Virus record (IMG/VR): IMGVR_UViG_3300011335_000487
Location: 1,701-65,700 of that record
DNA from: a virus
Lineage: Duplodnaviria > Caudoviricetes
Strand: one strand, 5' to 3'
Length of the DNA: 64,000 nt
Made by a program: the position numbers and the translations under genes. Positions 1-7,317 of the stretch are shown in pieces. How positions within the stretch are numbered: the stretch's first letter is position 1; each line of letters begins with the position of its first letter. The notes under the pieces are model-generated. The model saw only the letters and a list, made by a program, of their open reading frames with translations. It was not told the origin of the DNA and made no database searches.

Positions 1-182
1 AGCTTGGATAGTGGGCGTGGCTTGGGCCTGCACTCCTTACAGTACTTCGATACCAAGGTCATGCGTACTGCGCCTTCCTTGCCCCACGCTCGCATCTGAG
101 AGGGCGTTGCCAATTTCCTGAATGATTTCATAGGCTTAACTAATTTGCACTTCGGGCATAGCCCGTGACTATAGTCTGTCAT
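1..182 (-). CDS. Partial early gene, CxxC...CxxC zinc-finger-like protein (runs off window start)
   Basis: Manual translation MTDYSHGLCPKCKLVKPMK...KYCKECRPKPRPLSK; TAAGGAG RBS upstream; not in ORF track. Confidence 0.6.
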   Translation of the reverse strand, partial: MTDYSHGLCPKCKLVKPMKSFRKLATPSQMRAWGKEGAVRMTLVSKYCKECRPKPRPLSK

Positions 183-203
183 TATGACTCCTTAAAAAAT
201 TGA

Positions 204-505
204 CGGGCTTGAAACCCGCATGGTTATTAGCTTAGCACTACACTCGTCTTTACGTCCAACACTTTTATGGTTTTGGCGGGGTAATGGGCGTGCTGTGAAC
301 CCGCATAAACATTGGGTGTAGAAGGGTAGAGTCTTGAACGTCTATGGGTTTTAGAGTATACACAGCCAATTAGAGTTAAAGAAAACGGACAAGTCCGTCC
401 AACAAAAATACACATATATATTTCTTTAGAATTATATAGATATATATATAGACGTTTTCTACGGACGGCGGGACAACGCTAATAAACATGCGGGTCTTGA
501 CCCCG
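204..505. repeat. 28-bp imperfect inverted repeat (204-231 / 478-505) flanking an AT-rich core
   Basis: GCTAATAAACATGCGGGTCTTGACCCCG vs reverse complement of 204-231, 23/28 identical; TA-rich tract ~412-451. Confidence 0.7.
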
Positions 506-583
506 CCCATATACCCGCTCGAACGCTTTCATATTGGACGAACGTCCGAGGGGGTAAAGATACAGCAACGTGTTGTGGAGAAC

Positions 584-805
584 TCAAACTAATGAGGCGA
601 TGTGGTTGATGGCGTCTGCCTTGGGGACGATGGAGGCGTGACCATAGCCCCCTGCCTTGCGGTATGCCTTGAGTGCGTTGACGTAGCCTTTGTAGAGCTT
701 GGGTGGGTTGCCATCGAGGAAGGACACGAAGTATGCGCCTACGTTGCGGCACTTGTAAGTGGTGGTGTAGTCCTTGATGATGCTGTTGATCATGTTGTCG
801 CTCAT
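584..805 (-). CDS. Hypothetical early protein (73 aa)
   Basis: ORF track 584..844; start moved to MSDNMIN because AAGGA RBS precedes it. Confidence 0.7.
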   Translation of the reverse strand: MSDNMINSIIKDYTTTYKCRNVGAYFVSFLDGNPPKLYKGYVNALKAYRKAGGYGHASIVPKADAINHIASLV

Positions 806-825
806 GTTGATTCCTTGGTGAGTTG

Positions 826-846
826 TTGTGGAGGAAGTCTCCACAA
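826..846. promoter_or_regulatory. Palindrome TTGTGGAG-N5-CTCCACAA, copy 1
   Basis: Perfect 8-bp arms just upstream of the RBS of gene 584-805; recurs at 1298, 57830 and 61412. Confidence 0.65.
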
Positions 847-902
847 AGCTAGCAAGTGCCAGCCCCTAAACCCTGCACGCAAGGCTTAGAGAGGACACTT
901 AA

Positions 903-1055
903 TTACGGCAGCACTCTGAACGAGAGCACACCAAAGCCCATGCCTACAAAGAACGAGAGCACCCCGAATGAGGGGTAGGCTATCGCAAGGATAAAGAAAA
1001 CGAGGGCGATGCAGCAGCAAGCGGCTGCAAGCAGCATTTCAATTAGTTCGCTCAT
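903..1055 (-). CDS. Small two-TM membrane protein (50 aa)
   Basis: Manual translation MSELIEMLLAAACCCIALVFFILAIAYPSFGVLSFFVGMGFGVLSFRVLP; TAAGGA RBS; below ORF-track cutoff. Confidence 0.65.
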   Translation of the reverse strand: MSELIEMLLAAACCCIALVFFILAIAYPSFGVLSFFVGMGFGVLSFRVLP

Positions 1056-1093
1056 AGTTAGTCCTTAAAATGAAAGTGAAACTAAAATAGACA

Positions 1094-1127
1094 GCGAGGG
1101 TGAACAGCGGCAAAGCTGTGCCCTCGC
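1094..1127 (-). promoter_or_regulatory. Intergenic stem-loop with internal loop (processing site or terminator)
   Basis: GCGAGGG/CCCTCGC plus ACAGC/GCTGT stems, followed on - strand by a U-rich tract. Confidence 0.45.
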
Positions 1128-1157
1128 ATCGAGATACCCAAACTTGTTGCCACAAAC

Positions 1158-1616
1158 TTACTTCGCAGCTTTCTTAGCCTGCTTGCGTGCCCACGCTGCG
1201 TAGATGTCCGCAACGAGTTTGTCTACGTCACGCTTGGACTGCTCGTCACGGATAATCGAGTCCGCACGTTTCGCCCTCGTATCCACTTGGTTACTCGTTG
1301 TGGAGGACTTCGCCACAACAGCTTTAGGTGTGTAGTACACAAGCATGGTACGAGCCGCTTCGCTCTTATCAGAACCACCCGCTTGCTTCGCCTTGAACCC
1401 GAGCAGCCCTTTGTTGCTACCCCTGTCCATCGTGATGCACTTCACACCAGTACGCTCTGAGATACGTTGTGCAATAGCGTTACGCGCCTCGCCTTGTTCC
1501 TCTTTGGTAAACGTGTTGTACCCAACAACGAACTCGCTCTGCGCTTTGCTGATAGCGATGCGTGATGCGATGTGGCTGTCGATTGCTACTAGATACTTGC
1601 TAGTGATAGCGTTCAT
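1158..1616 (-). CDS. First early gene, Ala/Lys-rich hypothetical protein
   Basis: ORF track 1158..1628; start moved to MNAITSK after GGAG RBS. Confidence 0.75.
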   Translation of the reverse strand: MNAITSKYLVAIDSHIASRIAISKAQSEFVVGYNTFTKEEQGEARNAIAQRISERTGVKCITMDRGSNKGLLGFKAKQAGGSDKSEAARTMLVYYTPKAVVAKSSTTSNQVDTRAKRADSIIRDEQSKRDVDKLVADIYAAWARKQAKKAAK

Positions 1617-1695
1617 TTGAAACTCCAAAACAAAATGCCAAGCAATGTGGCTCGGCTCACAGGACAGGCAATCAATCTACCCAATCCATAGAACT

Positions 1696-1704
1696 ATTAT
1701 AGCA
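1696..1704 (-). promoter_or_regulatory. Extended -10 sigma70-type early promoter (TGCTATAAT)
   Basis: Perfect TGn-TATAAT upstream of gene 1158-1616; -35 position occupied by AGGACAGGG repeats. Confidence 0.7.
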
Positions 1705-1906
1705 TTTGGAATTATCAGGACAGGGTAGGACAGGGCAGGATACGAACCCCACCCACCCCCCACCAAGGCTTATAGGGCACGACATACCCTATACCCGAGA
1801 ACACTATTCCCCAACCACACTTTAATTTTCTGTCAAACTTTGTATAACCCTCTAAATTTTGTAAAAAATCTAACCGACTCTTGTCAAACATTTGACACGT
1901 ACAGAC

Positions 1907-1937
1907 AAAAAAAGCCCCCGAACGTGAGTACGAGGGC
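1907..1937 (-). terminator. Intrinsic terminator of the putative sRNA
   Basis: GCCCUCG...CGGGGGC stem followed by UUUUUUU on - strand. Confidence 0.75.
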
Positions 1938-1981
1938 CAAGAATTTCCCACCAAGGAAATTGTCACTAAGGAGTAAGCAAC
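1907..1981 (-). ncRNA. Putative ~75-nt three-hairpin antisense sRNA targeting early-gene RBS leaders
   Basis: Extended -10 TGATACACT at 1988-1996; hairpin 1 loop UACUCCUU; hairpin 2 loop UUGGUG; terminal GC hairpin plus U7. Confidence 0.6.
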
Positions 1982-1987
1982 GCCCCC

Positions 1988-2020
1988 AGTGTATCAAAAA
2001 ATAAAAAAACAAGATATACT
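1988..2020. promoter_or_regulatory. Back-to-back -10 elements: TGATACACT (-, sRNA) and TATACT (+, putative late promoter)
   Basis: Two divergent -10-like hexamers separated by an A-tract; neither has a good -35. Confidence 0.45.
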
Positions 2021-2098
2021 CAAAAAAATTAGCTCCACACGAATACGCCAGTCCGGGAAAATGCCGGACGTAGCCCGGCGCTCACGAAAAGGGAAAAA

Positions 2099-2680
2099 GT
2101 GCTGTTAGATCACTTGGTTAGCGCGAATGCCGCAGACTATGTACCGGAGATTGAACCCGGTGTGCCCAGCTTTACGCCCTTAGAAAAACTTGACGCCGCG
2201 CAAACACTCAACGCGCAGCTCAACACAGCCGACTGGCTGCGTAAAGTCACCGGCAACGATGACGAGATCATCACCAAAACCCAAGAGACCAAAGCAGTCA
2301 ACGCATTTGCTGCGCTGACGACGAGCTCGCCCGATACCAAGAACCAGTTATTGAACATGCAGGTGCCCGAAGAGATTCGTGCGACCATTGCGATGGTAAG
2401 CGCCTATCAGTGGAAGTTTATCGAGCAGGCTGAGAGCCTACGCAGCATGGCGCTGACCAAGATTGTGCAAGAAACCGAGCACCCCGACGCTAAAGTGCGA
2501 CTCAAAGCGCTAGAGATGCTGGGTAAAGTGACAGAAGTCGCCCTATTTACTGACCGAATTGAAGTCAAGAAAACGGAGATGACTGATGAAGAACTTGCTA
2601 GCAAGATTAAAGACAAACTTAGCCGATATATGGGCAAGGTTGACATCGTGGATGCCGAAGTTTTAAAAGAAGTAGTATGA
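2099..2680 (+). CDS. terS: Terminase small subunit (putative)
   Basis: Directly precedes and overlaps TerL; RLKALEMLGK and LFTDRIEV-type C-terminal motif typical of this position. Confidence 0.7.
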   Translation: MLLDHLVSANAADYVPEIEPGVPSFTPLEKLDAAQTLNAQLNTADWLRKVTGNDDEIITKTQETKAVNAFAALTTSSPDTKNQLLNMQVPEEIRATIAMVSAYQWKFIEQAESLRSMALTKIVQETEHPDAKVRLKALEMLGKVTEVALFTDRIEVKKTEMTDEELASKIKDKLSRYMGKVDIVDAEVLKEVV

Positions 2681-4206
2681 ATCTCGACTTCCTGACCCCA
2701 CAAGAGGCGCTAGCTGCACAGTTGGCCCTCAAACACATGAGTCGGGTAGAGAAGATTGCGTTTTTAGCTGAACTTGAAGAGCAAGATAGGCGGTTTGGGC
2801 TGAATAAGGCGCAGACTGACCCCATTGAGTTTGCCAAACGTGTGTATCCGGGGTTTAAGGTAGGGCCCCACCACAGAAAACTGGCAAAAATCTTCCAAGA
2901 TGTGGTGGACGGCAAGAAAAAACGCGTAATTATCAACATCGCGCCACGTATGGGTAAGTCTGAGTTCAGCTCCTACCTGTTCCCCGCGTACTTCTTGGGG
3001 CGTTACCCCGAGAAGAAGATCATTATGGCAACGCACACTGCCAGTTTGTCAGAAGACTTCGGTAGGCGCGTGCGTAATTTGCTTGAGAGCGAAGAGTATG
3101 GCGAGGTTTTTAGGGACACCGTGGTCGCCGATGATCAAAAAGCTGCTGGTAAATGGTCTACTGGTGCTGGTGGTCAGTACTACGCTGTTGGTGTGGGTGG
3201 CGCTCTTGCTGGTCGTGGCGCAGACCTCTTCGTAATTGACGACCCGCACTCTGAGCAGGACATGAAGGCTAACAGCCGACTGTCGTTTGATACAGCATGG
3301 AGCTGGTTCCAGACTGGCCCACTACAGCGACTGATGCCCAACGGGGCCATCATCATAATTATGACGCGCTGGAGTCTGTTGGACTTGACCGGCAGGCTGC
3401 TCGACTTTCAAATGCGCAACCCAGACGCGGACAACTGGGAGCTGGTGGAGCTGCCCGCCATACTGAACGAGGACACCGAGGACGAGAAGAGTCTCTGGCC
3501 AGAGCAGTGGCCACTCGACCAGTTGCGCGCCAAAAAGATGCAGTTGGACCCGAGGTTCTGGAACGCGCAGTACATGCAACAGCCGACCTCAGACACGAGT
3601 GCGGTGATATCCAGAAAAAGTTGGAAAGTGTGGGAGCCAGAGGACCCACCTACTTGTGAGTACGTGATACAGAGCTGGGACACGGCGTTTGAAACAACGA
3701 ACACAGCCGACTACAGCGCGTGCACAACGTGGGGTGTCTGGTACAACGAGGACGACGGAGGTAGCCCCAACTTGATATTGCTGGATGCGTTCAAGGACAG
3801 AATGGCGTTCCCCGAGCTCAAGGCCACCGCACTCAAGCACTACAAGGAGTGGACGCCAGATGCGTTCATCGTTGAGAAAAAGGCAGCGGGGGCACCACTC
3901 ATACAGGAGCTGCGGCGCATGGGCATCCCCGTGCAGGAGTTCAGCCCGAGTCGCGGTAACGACAAGCACGTCAGGTTAAACGCGGTGTCAGACTTGTTTG
4001 CGTCCGGTAAAGTGTGGGCACCCGACACGCGTTGGGCGCGCGAGGTCATCGAAGAGGTGGCGTCGTTCCCCGTGGGCGAGCACGACGATTATGTTGATAC
4101 GGTGTCACAAGCGCTGTTACGATACCGGCAGGGCGGGTTCATCAGTTTGAACAGCGATGAGCAAGACGATAAATACTTCAGGGCGCGCAGAGCCGCGTAC
4201 TATTAA
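2677..4206 (+). CDS. terL: Terminase large subunit
   Basis: APRMGKS Walker A, FVIDDPH Walker B, QSWDTA and HDDYVD RNase H-like nuclease motifs. Confidence 0.95.
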   Translation: MNLDFLTPQEALAAQLALKHMSRVEKIAFLAELEEQDRRFGLNKAQTDPIEFAKRVYPGFKVGPHHRKLAKIFQDVVDGKKKRVIINIAPRMGKSEFSSYLFPAYFLGRYPEKKIIMATHTASLSEDFGRRVRNLLESEEYGEVFRDTVVADDQKAAGKWSTGAGGQYYAVGVGGALAGRGADLFVIDDPHSEQDMKANSRLSFDTAWSWFQTGPLQRLMPNGAIIIIMTRWSLLDLTGRLLDFQMRNPDADNWELVELPAILNEDTEDEKSLWPEQWPLDQLRAKKMQLDPRFWNAQYMQQPTSDTSAVISRKSWKVWEPEDPPTCEYVIQSWDTAFETTNTADYSACTTWGVWYNEDDGGSPNLILLDAFKDRMAFPELKATALKHYKEWTPDAFIVEKKAAGAPLIQELRRMGIPVQEFSPSRGNDKHVRLNAVSDLFASGKVWAPDTRWAREVIEEVASFPVGEHDDYVDTVSQALLRYRQGGFISLNSDEQDDKYFRARRAAYY

Positions 4207-4215
4207 GGATAGATT

Positions 4216-6672
4216 ATGTCGATTGAGAAGTCACTATATCAAGCACCTGTGGGGCTATCAGCACTTGCAGAAGAGCCCGATCTTGAGATTGAGATCGAAG
4301 ACCCTGAGTCGGTAACTATCAGATCAGGCGAGACTGAGATTGAGATTGAGCCGGGTGAGGTTGACAATGAGTTCAATGAGAACTTGGCCGATGTGTTGGA
4401 TGAAGGCGACGTTTTGTCGTTGGCCAGTGACTTGGCAGGTGACATTGAGAATGACCTAGCCAGCCGTAAAGACTGGGAGAAGATGTACAAGGACGGCATT
4501 ACGTTGCTGGGCTTAAAGTTTGAGGAAAGAACAGAGCCGTGGGACGGCGCGTGCGGCGTGTTTCACCCGATGATTACCGAAGCCGTGGTGCGGTTCCAGT
4601 CTGAGACCATCATGGAGACATTCCCCGCCAAGGGGCCTGTGCGCACTAACATCGTCGGTAAAGAGACGCCCGAGAAAAAAGAAGCCGCCTCGCGCATCGA
4701 GGAGGACATGAACTGGCAGTTGACTGAGAAGATGCCCGAGTTTCGTCTTGAGCACGAGAAGATGCTGTGGAACCTGCCAAGCGCGGGCTCTGCTTTTAAA
4801 AAGGTGTACTACGATCCGAGCCTTGAGCGCCAAGTGTCGGTGTTTGTCCCAGCAGAAGACGTTATCCTGCCATACGGCACGAGTGACCTGAAAACAAGTT
4901 ACCGTATTACGCACCGCATGCGTAAAAGCAAGAATGACTTAGTTAAGCTCATGCACGCCGGGTTCTACCGAGAGGTGGAGTTAGGCGAGCCCGCCAAGTA
5001 TCTGTCTGATATTCAAGACAAAAAAGACAAAGAGACTGGGTTCTCGGCAAGCTACGACGACAGGTTCGAGCTCTACGAGGTGCACGCCGATTTAGATTTG
5101 CCGGGGTTTGAAGACGCAGATGACGAAGGGCCAACAGGCATCGCACTCCCGTACGTGGTGACAATGATTCGCGGCACGAACGACGTGCTGGCCATCCGCC
5201 GTAACTGGAAGGAAGAAGATGACCTCCAGCTCAAGCGTGACCACTTCGTGCATTACCAGTACATCCCCGGCTACGGCGCGTACGGCTTCGGGTTATTTCA
5301 CCTAATCGGTGGTTTTGCCAAGTCAGCGACCAGCATCATGCGCCAGTTGGTTGACGCAGGCACCCTGAGTAACTTGCCGGGCGGCTTAAAAGCGCGTGGT
5401 TTGCGCATCAAGGGTGACGACACACCAATAGCTCCGGGTGAGTTCCGAGACGTAGACTTGGGCTCAGGCAACATCCGCGACAACATCTTGCCACTCCCAT
5501 ACAAAGAGCCGTCGGCAGTGCTTGCTGCGCTGATGGACAAGATCGTCGACGAAGGGCGCAGATTTGCCGCCACCGCTGACTTAAAGATCAGTGACATGTC
5601 CAACCAAGCACCGGTTGGCAGTACGTTGGCTATCTTAGAGCGCACCCTCAAGGTGATGTCGGCAGTTCAAGCGCGTGTGCACTATGCGTTCAAGCAAGAG
5701 CTGCAGTTGTTAGCGGGCATCATCCGCGACTACACGCCGGTGGACTACGAGTATGAGCCAGAAGACGGTAGCCGTAACATTAAGCAGGACGACTACCATA
5801 ACGTCGAGGTTGTACCAGTCAGTGATCCTAACGCTGCAACCATGTCACAACGTGTTGTGCAGTATCAGGCTGTCATTCAGTTAGCCGCGAGCGCACCACA
5901 GATATACAACCTGCCGATGCTGCACAGACAGATGCTCGACGTGCTGGGTATCAAGCACGCTGACAAGCTCGTGCCGCTGGAGGAAGATCAGAAGCCGACA
6001 GACCCAGTAACCGAGAACATGAACACGCTGATGGGTAAGCCCGTCAAAGCGTTCCTGTACCAAGACCACGAGTCACACATTAAAGTGCACATGGCGGCAA
6101 TGCAGGACCCGACTGTTCAACAACTTGTTGGCCAGAACCCACAGGCACAGATGATCATGGGCGCGATGCAGGCGCACATTGCCGAGCACGTTGGTTACGC
6201 TTACCGCCAGAAGATCGAGCAAGCGTTAGGTGTGTCGTTGCCTAACCCAGAAGACGAGTTGCCACCGCAGATGGAGAAAGAAATTAGCCGCCTGATGGCA
6301 GAGGCAGCACCACAGGTCTTGGCACAGAGTCAGGCACTGCAGGCGCAGCAACAAGCTCAGCGGAACGCACAAGACCCAGTCTTGCAAATGCAGATGCAGG
6401 AGCTGCAGATCAAACAAGGTGAGCTCGACCTCAAGAAACAGAAATTATCGGTTGACGCGGCGGCTAAAGCAGACGAGTTGCGTCTCAAAGAAACCGAGAT
6501 TCAGAACAAGAGCCAGCTTGAGGGCACGCGCATTGGGGCGGACTCCGCTAAAACCCGTCTGCAGCTTGATGCTAAAAACCAGCTTGATGGGCTACGCATT
6601 GGGAGCGACATCGCACACAAACGCGCGCTATTAGCAGCACAGAAAAACAACCCACCTAAAGGAAACAAATAA
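4216..6672 (+). CDS. Portal protein (P22-like, long Q-rich coiled-coil barrel)
   Basis: 818 aa right after TerL; GSAFKKVYYD motif; Q-rich C-terminal helix. Confidence 0.9.
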   Translation: MSIEKSLYQAPVGLSALAEEPDLEIEIEDPESVTIRSGETEIEIEPGEVDNEFNENLADVLDEGDVLSLASDLAGDIENDLASRKDWEKMYKDGITLLGLKFEERTEPWDGACGVFHPMITEAVVRFQSETIMETFPAKGPVRTNIVGKETPEKKEAASRIEEDMNWQLTEKMPEFRLEHEKMLWNLPSAGSAFKKVYYDPSLERQVSVFVPAEDVILPYGTSDLKTSYRITHRMRKSKNDLVKLMHAGFYREVELGEPAKYLSDIQDKKDKETGFSASYDDRFELYEVHADLDLPGFEDADDEGPTGIALPYVVTMIRGTNDVLAIRRNWKEEDDLQLKRDHFVHYQYIPGYGAYGFGLFHLIGGFAKSATSIMRQLVDAGTLSNLPGGLKARGLRIKGDDTPIAPGEFRDVDLGSGNIRDNILPLPYKEPSAVLAALMDKIVDEGRRFAATADLKISDMSNQAPVGSTLAILERTLKVMSAVQARVHYAFKQELQLLAGIIRDYTPVDYEYEPEDGSRNIKQDDYHNVEVVPVSDPNAATMSQRVVQYQAVIQLAASAPQIYNLPMLHRQMLDVLGIKHADKLVPLEEDQKPTDPVTENMNTLMGKPVKAFLYQDHESHIKVHMAAMQDPTVQQLVGQNPQAQMIMGAMQAHIAEHVGYAYRQKIEQALGVSLPNPEDELPPQMEKEISRLMAEAAPQVLAQSQALQAQQQAQRNAQDPVLQMQMQELQIKQGELDLKKQKLSVDAAAKADELRLKETEIQNKSQLEGTRIGADSAKTRLQLDAKNQLDGLRIGSDIAHKRALLAAQKNNPPKGNK

Positions 6673-6878
6673 TGGATTTACTGGTCATAGATTTTATTGA
6701 AGCGATGCGCAAAAAACTTCGCGACGATATGAATAATTACACTGATGATTTGGCAAATGGTCAGTGCACAGACTTTGCTACGTACAAAGAGCTTTGCGGG
6801 GTGATTCGGGGTCTAGCCTTTGCAGAGCGCCACTTGTTAGACCTCGCTGAGTATTTAAAGGAAGATCGCGATGAGTGA
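6672..6878 (+). CDS. Conserved hypothetical head-module protein
   Basis: Coupled to the portal stop; YKELCGVIRGL motif. Confidence 0.75.
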   Translation: MDLLVIDFIEAMRKKLRDDMNNYTDDLANGQCTDFATYKELCGVIRGLAFAERHLLDLAEYLKEDRDE

Positions 6879-7311
6879 AACCATCGTTTTACCGGAAAAA
6901 GGCCTAATCTTGCCTCCCGGCGTAGCACAGTCCGTAGCACCAGTAGATGAAGAGTACGAGGCAGCAGAACAAAAAGCCACGCAACTTCCAAAAGCAAAAG
7001 GTTGGAGGATTCTGTGCGCTTTGGTGACTGCCGATAATGAGTACGAGAGCGGCCTTGCTAAAGCAGGCATAACCAAGAAGAACGAAGAACTAACTTCACC
7101 GGTCTTGTTTGTGCTGCAGAAAGGGCCTCTGTGCTACTCCGACCTCAGTAAATTTCCAGACGGAGTTCACTGGTGCGAGGAAGGTGAGTTCATTATCACG
7201 CGCCCCTACACGGGCACGCGCATCATGATCCACGGTAAAGAATTTCGGATTATCTACGACGATCAAGTCGAAGCCACAATTGAAGACCCTCGCGGAATTT
7301 CGCGCGTTTAA
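6871..7311 (+). CDS. GroES-like co-chaperonin
   Basis: GWRILC...GPLCYSD...WCEEGEFII...YTGTRIMIHGKEFRIIYDDQV, Cpn10-like pattern common in phage head modules. Confidence 0.8.
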   Translation: MSETIVLPEKGLILPPGVAQSVAPVDEEYEAAEQKATQLPKAKGWRILCALVTADNEYESGLAKAGITKKNEELTSPVLFVLQKGPLCYSDLSKFPDGVHWCEEGEFIITRPYTGTRIMIHGKEFRIIYDDQVEATIEDPRGISRV

Positions 7312-7317
7312 CAGGAG

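Noticed and set aside
1715-1966. 83-aa ORF on the - strand over the promoter/terminus region
   Set aside because: No RBS, it runs through an intrinsic terminator and low-complexity DNA, and the sRNA interpretation explains the structure better.
6651-6665. CCCACCTAAAGGAAA at the portal 3' end resembling a class-B leader
   Set aside because: Needs a 2-nt bulge and lies in coding sequence (PPKGN); too weak to call an sRNA target.
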